Counted from the stretch's first letter, positions 8,023-14,715 are shown. The stretch: 16,822 nt of DNA from a bacterium (GCA_037444445.1 JBBIMK010000034.1:1-16822), one strand, 5' to 3'. Made by a program: numbers and translations. Notes: generated by a model not told the origin, from the letters alone.

Positions 8023-8499
8023 TTGCCCAAAAGGATATTCCTGGATAAGAATTTTTACCATTTCCTTTTAAATGGGAATCCGCTATGCAGACGTGCACTT
8101 ATGGACATTGGAGTTATCTGTCATAAAATCCTCACCGGTAAAACCACTTCTAAACGCATCTCCGAACTGTTAGACAGAGGAGTTCCATCTGTAGACCAAT
8201 GGTTTTTGAACTACTTCAGAGAATTGCTTGGAAATTCAGAAAAACTTCCCCTGAATTTTTCAGACCCCCCTCATTTTCCAAAAGAAGAGGAAGCCATCAA
8301 AAAAGTGAAAGATGAGGATGTTCAAATTCTGCGTGAGGTGAGATATTCATCCGCGGAGGCATTCGTGAGTTACGATGAGGGGCTGGTCAACGATATAAGG
8401 TCTTCCAGTAATTTGCACGACTTTCAATTTGCCGTGTTTCTCCTGCCCTCCGACGAGAGCGATTTCTTCCAATATCTTCAATCAGCATCCGGGGGATAA
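8023..8499 (+). CDS. PIN-like domain protein (putative nuclease), hypothetical
   Basis: 158-aa ORF. Its TTG start lies 2 nt after the ATPase TAG stop. Four acidic positions are spaced as in PIN domains: RIFLDKNFY (strand 1 Asp), ISELLD, KDEDVQILREV and AFVSYDEGL. The family call rests on pattern only. Confidence 0.5.
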   Translation: MPKRIFLDKNFYHFLLNGNPLCRRALMDIGVICHKILTGKTTSKRISELLDRGVPSVDQWFLNYFRELLGNSEKLPLNFSDPPHFPKEEEAIKKVKDEDVQILREVRYSSAEAFVSYDEGLVNDIRSSSNLHDFQFAVFLLPSDESDFFQYLQSASGG

Positions 8500-8672
8500 C
8501 CTCAAGAGGTCGCTTTGTTTGGATTGGGAATCCCGGGGATGGTTTAGATTCAGGAGCGAGGCGAGGATTTCCACAGCAGGGCACAGAATATAGAGGGTGC
8601 CTCGTTCATTCAGCCGGCACGCCGTCTGAGCGAACTACCAGTAAAGACATCGGGGCATAGGGAAAGAAAAAA

Positions 8673-8796
8673 GGTCCCGGGCAACGACCTACTTTCCCGT
8701 GCCGTTACCAGCACAGTATCATCGGCGGTAGCGGGCTTAGCTTCCGGGTTCGGGATGGTTCCGGGCGTTTCCCCGCTCCTATGGTCACCCAGGACC
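8673..8796 (-). rRNA. rrf: 5S ribosomal RNA
   Basis: The reverse complement reads GGTCCTGGGTGACCATAGGAGCGGGGAAACGCCCGGAACCATCCCGAACCCGGAAGCTAAGCCCGCTACCGCCGATGATACTGTGCTGGTAACGGCACGGGAAAGTAGGTCGTTGCCCGGGACC. It has the universal CCGAAC, GAAG..AAG, GCCGATG.TACTG and GGGA.AGTAGGTCG blocks, and the helix I ends are complementary. Exact ends are uncertain by a few nt. Confidence 0.92.
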
Positions 8797-8803
8797 ATCA
8801 TTA

Positions 8804-8832
8804 TATATACCACAATCTGAAGGATGTTGCAA
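8804..8832 (-). promoter_or_regulatory. Dedicated sigma-70 promoter of the 5S rRNA gene
   Basis: On the minus strand: TTGCAA (8832-8827), 17-nt spacer ending in TGG (extended -10), then TATATA (8809-8804, overlapping a TATAAT two nt further on). The predicted start falls within a few nt of the mature 5S 5' end. Confidence 0.6.
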
Positions 8833-8862
8833 GAGGGGGGAGGGAGAAAATCAATTTGTGGA

Positions 8863-8891
8863 TTGACAGAAGGAAATTCAGATAGTAAACT
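8863..8891 (+). promoter_or_regulatory. Sigma-70 promoter of the A-type Fe-S carrier gene, back-to-back with the 5S promoter
   Basis: Perfect TTGACA (8863-8868), 17-nt spacer, TAAACT (8886-8891), about 33 nt upstream of ATG 8925. Confidence 0.55.
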
Positions 8892-8924
8892 CCATAGTGG
8901 ATACGAGAGGAGGGAGAGGTAGAG

Positions 8925-9248
8925 ATGATTACGGTAGCAGAACGGGCGGCAGGAGAAATTAGACGCCTGATGGAAGACCAGAAGATGGAGGGGATGAATC
9001 TTCGCCTCCGCGTGGTGCCAGGCGGATGCTCCGGCTTCCAGTATTATATGGGGTTTGATGAAACGCTGGACCCGGATGACCTGGTGTTTGAAGCCAACGG
9101 CGTGAAGGTGGTGGTGGACCCGCAGAGCCACCTCTACCTGGATGGCGCAGAAATTGATTATGAGGAAGGCTTGATGGGCGCAGGATTTACCATCAGAAAC
9201 CCCCACGCCAGAGGCTCCTGCGGTTGCGGTTCCTCTTTCTCGGTCTAA
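8925..9248 (+). CDS. HesB/IscA/ErpA-family A-type iron-sulfur cluster carrier
   Basis: 107 aa with GGAGGGAGAGG upstream of the ATG. Contains LRLRVVPGGCSGFQY and the C-terminal NPHARGSCGCGSSFSV, which provide the three conserved cluster-ligand Cys. Confidence 0.92.
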   Translation: MITVAERAAGEIRRLMEDQKMEGMNLRLRVVPGGCSGFQYYMGFDETLDPDDLVFEANGVKVVVDPQSHLYLDGAEIDYEEGLMGAGFTIRNPHARGSCGCGSSFSV

Positions 9249-9276
9249 ATCCTATCCCGGACCAAAAGAGGTGGAA

Positions 9277-9519
9277 ATGACGCAGGTGGAGCAGAAGATT
9301 TTACTGAATTTGAGCGACCTGATGGATGGAAAGCTGTCGGAGGAATCTTTTCGGCGAAGACTGGCTGAACTGAATACAGAGGAGTATCGGGGAGCGGTGG
9401 TGCAGTTGAAGGGCTGTGCCCCCACCTGGGCCTATCTGATGGCCGCCCATACCCTGAAAAGCGTGGTGGCAGGGCTGGAATTCGTTTCCTACGACGGCAA
9501 AGCCATCCGGATTTTCTAA
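9277..9519 (+). CDS. Small protein with Csx3 (Crn3 ring-nuclease)-like core motif, hypothetical
   Basis: 80 aa from ATG 9277 (GAGG 5 nt upstream; the track starts at GTG 9271), 28 nt after the carrier gene. RGAVVQLKGCAPTWAYLMAAHTLKSVVAGLEFVSYDGKAIRIF resembles the Csx3 core G-V-V-I-S-G-R-G-P-I-W-L..L-A-H...V-Y-D-P-R-L-G. Coding status is likely. The family call is tentative. Confidence 0.55.
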   Translation: MTQVEQKILLNLSDLMDGKLSEESFRRRLAELNTEEYRGAVVQLKGCAPTWAYLMAAHTLKSVVAGLEFVSYDGKAIRIF

Positions 9520-9576
9520 CGTCCGAAGGCGAAATAATGTCCTACTTTGGGGTCAGACCCCAAAATCTCAGTTATT

Positions 9577-9604
9577 GAGAAAAGGCGGGGCCTCCCACCC
9601 CGCC
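9577..9604 (-). terminator. Rho-independent terminator acting on the minus strand
   Basis: The minus strand reads GGCGGGG-tgggagg-CCCCGCC followed by TTTTCTC. On the plus strand the same hairpin is followed by TGTTCAGG, which is not a U-tract. Confidence 0.55.
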
Positions 9605-9969
9605 TGTTCAGGTGCCAGGAATGTAAGGATGCGTGAAACAGGGGCTTTATCTCTTGCGTTGAGACAGGAGGAAGCGAACCAGGTCGGCGCCTGGAAAACT
9701 GAACGCCCGATGCTCCTTCTCCGAATCTATCGGGTACACGCGGGAGCGAACAGGACGAGGATGCCCCGGCGCCGTCTGAACCAGGGGCTTTCCCGTCTTC
9801 CCGTTTCCGCTGTTTTTTCGCTTCCCTGCCATTGTCAATTATCAGTCTACAGAGAGAAAGGTGGAAATTGAATACGGATGCGGTAGAAATTCGGTGGAGA
9901 AATGCGGTGAGGCAACCTGTGGTCGTCCCGCTCATTCTGAGCCGAAGTCCCGATGAAAGACATCGGGAA

Positions 9970-10003
9970 ATCTTACCACACTGGATTGAGAGTGTGGTAA
10001 AAT
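9970..10003. promoter_or_regulatory. Perfect 10-bp inverted repeat carrying two divergent extended -10 elements
   Basis: TTACCACACT (9973-9982) and AGTGTGGTAA (9991-10000). Rightward TGGTAAAAT (9995-10003) lies ~30 nt before the subtilase ATG. Leftward TGGTAAGAT runs 9978-9970. Both share the GTGG-TA form of the 5S promoter. The -35 elements are weak (TTACCA). Confidence 0.4.
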
Positions 10004-10034
10004 AGAAGTGGTATGGGTCGGGAGGGCTGGTAGA

Positions 10035-13000
10035 ATGAAAAAACTTCAGAAGATTTTGTTTTTTGCTCTTTTCCAGATGGTGGCAATTTCTGGGCTGGAA
10101 GCCAGCCAGGCGGGGCAAGCCGACTTCCCCGTTCATCAGGCGGTTGAGATGTGGCTGGATGAGGGTAGCGGGCAAGAAGTTCCAGTGATCGTCCATCAAG
10201 TAGTAGCGCGATTCTCTTCCCGGGTGTTTCGGTGGCGGGTGGAAGAAATCGCAGAGGAATTTGAGTTAACCATCCTTCGTGCCATTCCGGAGTTGAATGC
10301 CTATCTCTTTCAGATACCGGAAGGGAAAACCATTCGGCAGACGATAGGTTTCTTGCAAGGGAAAGAAGAGACACTTTATTCCGAGCCGCATTTTCTGGCT
10401 CATCTCCAACTGGTGCCCAATGATACCTATTATTCTTCCTACCAGTGGCCTCTGAAACCACCTTCTGCACCTTACTACGGCAGAATCAACGCAGAGCAGG
10501 CGTGGGATATACAGCGGGGAAGCGCCTCGGTAACGGTGGCGGTGATTGATTCCGGTGTGGACACCAGCCATCCGGATTTGCAAGCCAACTGGGCATCCTG
10601 GGGGCAGGATACGGTGGATTTCATCGGGCAAACAAACACCAACCCTCCGTGTCAGCCAGATAACGACCCATACGATGCCAGTGATGTGGGGCATGGAACT
10701 GCAACTTCGGGGATTGTTTCCGCAGTGACGAATAACAATTTAGGCGTGGCAGGAACTGCGTGGAATGTAAAAATCCTCCCTCTTCGGGTTATCGGCAACT
10801 GCGAGGGCGCGGACGGCCTCGGTGGTGTATTTTTTATCTCCCAGGCGATTGTCTACGCAGGAAGCCGGAGCGATGTGAAAGTCATCAATTTGAGTCTGGG
10901 AGGTTCTACTCCCTCGGAACTGGAAGAAGATGCGGTGGAATACGCTTATGTCAACGGGAAACTGGTGGTTGCCTCCGCTGGCAACGATGGAGTGACCACC
11001 AAGGAATATCCCGCCGCTTTCCCACATGTGATGGCAATTACTTCTGTGGATGAGGACGGATTCAAGTCCAACTTCAGTAATTATGGTAACTGGGTTGACA
11101 TTGCGGCACCAGGTGGATTGAACTACACAGGCACTCTGGGCATCACTACGACGGATATGCAGGGAAATCTGGGTTTGGTTTCGGGGGACTATAATGCGGG
11201 GTTTGCGGGAACATCTGCTTCGGCTCCCTTTGTGGCAGGGGTTGCGGCTCTCGTTTTCTCCCACTTCCCCACCTGGACCCCGGACCAGGTGGAGGCGCAC
11301 CTGAAAGCCACCTCCACTCAGCCACCGGGATGGAATAACCTCTGGGGTGCGGGCATCGTGAATGCCTATAACGCTGTCTCCGCCCTGAATGATACGGTTC
11401 CTCCAGCAGTGACGGGCGCAGAAGCCATAGCCAGCGACCGGGTGAATGTCTACTTCAGTGAAGTGATGGACCCGGTCTCAGCCAGCGATAAAACGAATTA
11501 TACCATCACCGGAGGAAGTGGCTTAACCGTCTGGGAGGTTTTCCTTTCCCCTGATGGGAAAACCGCACAACTGCTGACTTCTTCCCAGACGGGCGGAATA
11601 TCTTATACCGTCACCGTCTCTACCAATGTGAAGGACAATCACGGGAATCCTTTACCTTCTGCCATCGGCCTGCGCTCCGCCAACTTCGTGGGCACGAATC
11701 AGGATAGGAACATCGCCTTGCAGAGTAATGGCGGCGTTGCCTCTGCACGCTTCGGCGCCAGTGTAGATTTGTGCGACCCCGACGCTACTTCTGCTTATGC
11801 CAACGATGGAAACCTCTCCACTGCCTGGCAAAAGGCTTTAGACCCCAATTCTACGGACTTCCTGATGGTGCGATTCCCCTCCCCTTACCGAATTGAGAAA
11901 ATCGTGGTTCGCACGGACCCGGGCTATCCCCTGGAATACCACATTGAAGCCGGGTGGGCTCTATGCGGTATCATTACGAATATCGTGGTGCCGAGAGGAA
12001 GCTATAACGGAACGCAAACCTTCACCCTGAACACAGCAGAAAATGCCCGGGAGGTGATGGTTGTTTTCTATTCCGCCCAGGGGTCGCCCTCCGGCACGGC
12101 AAAGGTGATTGAACTGGAGGTCTACGGCGAGAAGCCCGTGGAGACGATTCCGCCGGATGTGGCGATAACAAGCCCCATTCCAGGAGCCTCCCTCCGTCAA
12201 ACGGTGAACATTCAGGCGAATGCCACCGATAACACGGCGGTGGAACGCGTGGAATTCTATCGCGACCTTTCTCTCCTGTGCACCGATACCACCTCTCCCT
12301 ATACCTGCTCCTATAACACCACTTTAGATAGCGATGGTGCCAAATCTCTCTCCGCAACAGCCTACGACATCTTCGGGAATGCAGGCTTCTCTAACCCGGT
12401 GAATGTGACCGTGGACAATACGCCGCCGGATACGAGCCTTATGCAGAAACCCCCTGTTTATGCCTCCTCTACCACGGCAGTATTTGAGTTCACCGGCACG
12501 GATAATCTCACGCCTTCCCCGGGCCTGACTTATGAATGCAAACTGGATGGGGGCAATTGGGAACCCTGCACCTCGCCCAGGTCTTTTACCGGGCTCTCCG
12601 AGGGCAGTCATACTTTCCAGGTTCAGGCTTTTGACCGAGCGGGGAACCCGGACTACTCTCCCGCATCTTATACCTGGACCGTGGATACCATACCCCCGGA
12701 TACGCAAATCACCTCCGGTCCTGAAGAAGGGAGCCTGACCCGTTCTCGCCAGGCAAATTTCTCCTTCATTTCTAATGAAAGCAGTGCCTCCTTTGAGTGT
12801 CAGTTAGATGCGGGTTCCTGGGCAGACTGCTTTTCACCCTACGGCTATGTGTCTCTGAGTGACGGCTCGCATACCTTCCGCACTCGCGCCACCGACCCAG
12901 CAGGGAATGTGGATAATACGCCGGCAGAACGAAACTGGCGTGTGGACGCCACACCTCCCATCATTACCATCACTTCAGGTCCGCAGGAGGGAGATTTTAT

Positions 13001-14627
13001 CCATACTTCCACCGTAGATTTTGCTTTCACTTCCGACGAATCACCCACCACCTTTGAATGCAACTTTGATTCAACGGGCTGGGGGAACTGCTCCTCCCCT
13101 GCCACCTATTCCAATCTCTCGGAAGGTGCTCATCGCTTTGAGGTTCGGGGCATGGACGAGGCGGGTAATCTCTCTTCCCCCCTTCAGCGGAACTTCACCA
13201 CGGATTACACTCCACCCATTCTTACCTTCACTTCCGCACCGCCGGAGGGCGGGCTGGTGAATTCTTCCAACCCACACTTTGAGTTCACCGCTGACGAGCC
13301 CGTTACTTACCTGTGCCAGCTGGATTCGGAACCTGAAATGCCCTGCAGTTCCCCTTATGACCGAACCGGCATAGCCGATGGAAATCACACCTTTCAGGTG
13401 AAGGGCGTGGACCGGGCAGAAAATTCCGCCACGATAACTCGCTCCTGGACCACAGACACGCAGGCGCCGGATACCCTCATAGATTCAGGCCCTCCATCGC
13501 TCACGAACCAGAACTTCGCCACCTTCACCTTCCATGCGGAGGGAACGACTTATGAATGCAAACTGGATGGGGGCAATTGGGAACCCTGCACCTCGCCCAG
13601 GTCTTATACCGGGCTCTCCGATGGGTCACACCACTTTGAAGTTCGCGGCACCGATACCGCCGGGAATACCGACCCCTCCCCCGCCGGGTATGACTGGACG
13701 ATTGATACGCAGGCGCCGGCGACAGTGCTTTTAGAGCGCCCTCCCAACTCCACCCCTTCCCCAATGGCACATTTTACTTTCGTTTCCGATGACCCCAACG
13801 CCACCTTCCTGTGCAAACTGGACAGCGAAAATTTTACACTCTGTAATAGCCCCTTTGACCGCCAGGTTGCCCCGGGTAGCCATCTCTTCTCCGTTCTGGC
13901 GAAGGATACCGCTGGAAACCTTGACCCCACACCAGAATCGTATTCCTGGAATGTCATCACCGGCAATCTGATGGTGGCACTGGGTCCCAATTCACCGACG
14001 AGCGGTAAAGTGATGAACCCTTCTTCCCCCGTTCCCATCCTTCAGTTGAAACTGACCTCCAGCGGTGTGGAAGGCTCAAAAATCACAGGCCTTGTTGTCA
14101 CTGCCAGCGGGAATGGGAACGATGCCACCGACATTGCCTCCGTTTTGCTGATTAGCGACACGAACGCCAACGGGAAAATAGATGAAGGTGAGCCCTCTCT
14201 GGGTGGCAGTCTCTACTCCACTGATGATGGCACAGCCACCTTCGCTCTGAACCAAACCCTGCCCGCCAGCCAGGATGCTTACTGGCTCGTGGCGTATACC
14301 TTCACTGGCACCCAGCCCTCCGCCAACCGTTTGGGGCGAAGAACCTTACCCGTTACTGCCTGTTGGCTACTGGCTTTCGTCTTCACTGGCTTGCTCGGCA
14401 TCCGCCGCTTCCGCGGTTCTCCCTTCCTCCTTCCTCTGTTACTCTTCAGTGCCATTCTCTGGCTGTCTTCCTGCGGCGGAGGAGGTGGAGCGCCTCCTCT
14501 CCCCGCCAGAACATTCACCGCCACTGTGTCCTCACCTTCCGGTATTCAGGCAGTGGGGGAAACCTCTGGCGTCCCCTTGCCCGTTACCGGTTCCTTCCCC
14601 CTCACTGGCGCCACCCTCTCCCGATAG
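10035..14627 (+). CDS. Giant secreted S8 (subtilisin-family) serine peptidase with propeptide, Ig-like, discoidin-like and six tandem Cys-pair repeat domains
   Basis: ATG 10035 with GGGAGGG ~8 nt upstream (the track ORF starts at GTG 10008). Signal peptide MKKLQKILFFALFQMVAISGLEASQA. Catalytic triad: Asp in VAVIDSGVD (10548-10550), His in HGTATSG (10692-10694), Ser in GTSASAP (11214-11216). SbsA-type Ig-like domain (~11400-11690). F5/8-type-C/discoidin-like domain (~11709-12137). Ig-like domain (PPDVAITSP..VTVDNT). Six ~85-aa repeats. The C-terminal beta-sandwich-like domain is followed by hydrophobic tails. Confidence 0.93.
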   Translation: MKKLQKILFFALFQMVAISGLEASQAGQADFPVHQAVEMWLDEGSGQEVPVIVHQVVARFSSRVFRWRVEEIAEEFELTILRAIPELNAYLFQIPEGKTIRQTIGFLQGKEETLYSEPHFLAHLQLVPNDTYYSSYQWPLKPPSAPYYGRINAEQAWDIQRGSASVTVAVIDSGVDTSHPDLQANWASWGQDTVDFIGQTNTNPPCQPDNDPYDASDVGHGTATSGIVSAVTNNNLGVAGTAWNVKILPLRVIGNCEGADGLGGVFFISQAIVYAGSRSDVKVINLSLGGSTPSELEEDAVEYAYVNGKLVVASAGNDGVTTKEYPAAFPHVMAITSVDEDGFKSNFSNYGNWVDIAAPGGLNYTGTLGITTTDMQGNLGLVSGDYNAGFAGTSASAPFVAGVAALVFSHFPTWTPDQVEAHLKATSTQPPGWNNLWGAGIVNAYNAVSALNDTVPPAVTGAEAIASDRVNVYFSEVMDPVSASDKTNYTITGGSGLTVWEVFLSPDGKTAQLLTSSQTGGISYTVTVSTNVKDNHGNPLPSAIGLRSANFVGTNQDRNIALQSNGGVASARFGASVDLCDPDATSAYANDGNLSTAWQKALDPNSTDFLMVRFPSPYRIEKIVVRTDPGYPLEYHIEAGWALCGIITNIVVPRGSYNGTQTFTLNTAENAREVMVVFYSAQGSPSGTAKVIELEVYGEKPVETIPPDVAITSPIPGASLRQTVNIQANATDNTAVERVEFYRDLSLLCTDTTSPYTCSYNTTLDSDGAKSLSATAYDIFGNAGFSNPVNVTVDNTPPDTSLMQKPPVYASSTTAVFEFTGTDNLTPSPGLTYECKLDGGNWEPCTSPRSFTGLSEGSHTFQVQAFDRAGNPDYSPASYTWTVDTIPPDTQITSGPEEGSLTRSRQANFSFISNESSASFECQLDAGSWADCFSPYGYVSLSDGSHTFRTRATDPAGNVDNTPAERNWRVDATPPIITITSGPQEGDFIHTSTVDFAFTSDESPTTFECNFDSTGWGNCSSPATYSNLSEGAHRFEVRGMDEAGNLSSPLQRNFTTDYTPPILTFTSAPPEGGLVNSSNPHFEFTADEPVTYLCQLDSEPEMPCSSPYDRTGIADGNHTFQVKGVDRAENSATITRSWTTDTQAPDTLIDSGPPSLTNQNFATFTFHAEGTTYECKLDGGNWEPCTSPRSYTGLSDGSHHFEVRGTDTAGNTDPSPAGYDWTIDTQAPATVLLERPPNSTPSPMAHFTFVSDDPNATFLCKLDSENFTLCNSPFDRQVAPGSHLFSVLAKDTAGNLDPTPESYSWNVITGNLMVALGPNSPTSGKVMNPSSPVPILQLKLTSSGVEGSKITGLVVTASGNGNDATDIASVLLISDTNANGKIDEGEPSLGGSLYSTDDGTATFALNQTLPASQDAYWLVAYTFTGTQPSANRLGRRTLPVTACWLLAFVFTGLLGIRRFRGSPFLLPLLLFSAILWLSSCGGGGGAPPLPARTFTATVSSPSGIQAVGETSGVPLPVTGSFPLTGATLSR
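12423..13964 (+). repeat. Six tandem ~257-nt (about 85-aa) coding repeats inside the subtilase gene
   Basis: Each unit follows PPDT.I.SGP...(x)..F.F..... (F/Y)(E/L)C.LD...W..C.SP..Y..LSDGSH.F.V.A.D.AGN.D..PA...W.VDT with two conserved Cys. Units start near 12423, 12690, 12951, 13209, 13464 and 13710. Confidence 0.85.
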
Positions 14628-14715
14628 GGTGCACAGCCCGTCCCACTCATTCTGACCCTGAACGAAAGGAACTCCTCACTCTTATTCCTCCCCCCTCCTG
14701 CCTAGGGCGAGAAAC

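Noticed and set aside
8500-8672. Search for a tRNA or other RNA gene co-transcribed downstream of the 5S gene
   Set aside because: No T-loop (GGTTCGAATCC-like) or cloverleaf-compatible arms are visible on either strand. The T-run directly after the 5S gene argues that transcription ends there.
8610-9206. 198-aa minus-strand ORF from the track
   Set aside because: It runs straight through the 5S rRNA gene and antisense to the well-supported Fe-S carrier gene. It has no Shine-Dalgarno and a junk-like composition. It is spurious.
9578-9963. Attempt to assign the candidate RNA to RNase P, tmRNA, SRP/4.5S, 6S, or cobalamin/TPP/ZTP riboswitches
   Set aside because: By eye, the universal blocks are absent on both strands:
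- RNase P: GAGGAAAGTCC and GGTAAGAGCGCACC.
- tmRNA: GGTTCGAATCC..CCACCA.
- SRP: the ordered CCAGGTC..GGAA..GGAAGCAGC block. AGGAAGC and ACCAGGTC do occur, but in the wrong order.
- Cobalamin riboswitch: GCCACTG.

Absence by eye is not proof. It needs cmscan.
9516-10470. Minus-strand ORFs 9516..10199 and 9973..10470, plus 9575..9871(+) and 9647..9838(-)
   Set aside because: None has a ribosome-binding site. Their products are Arg/Pro/Ser-rich, and they overlap promoter, hairpin and terminator elements or the subtilase start. The 61-aa reading MAGKRKNSG.. from ATG 9832 ends ~40 nt before the terminator, but it has no Shine-Dalgarno and I recognised no family. I keep it only as a remote alternative to the RNA hypothesis.
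12527-13621. Diversity-generating retroelement (template/variable repeat) explanation for the 75-nt near-identical pair
   Set aside because: There is no reverse transcriptase or accessory gene in the window. There is only one mismatch, not an adenine-specific substitution pattern. Both copies lie in equivalent positions of tandem repeat units. Gene conversion is the simpler explanation.
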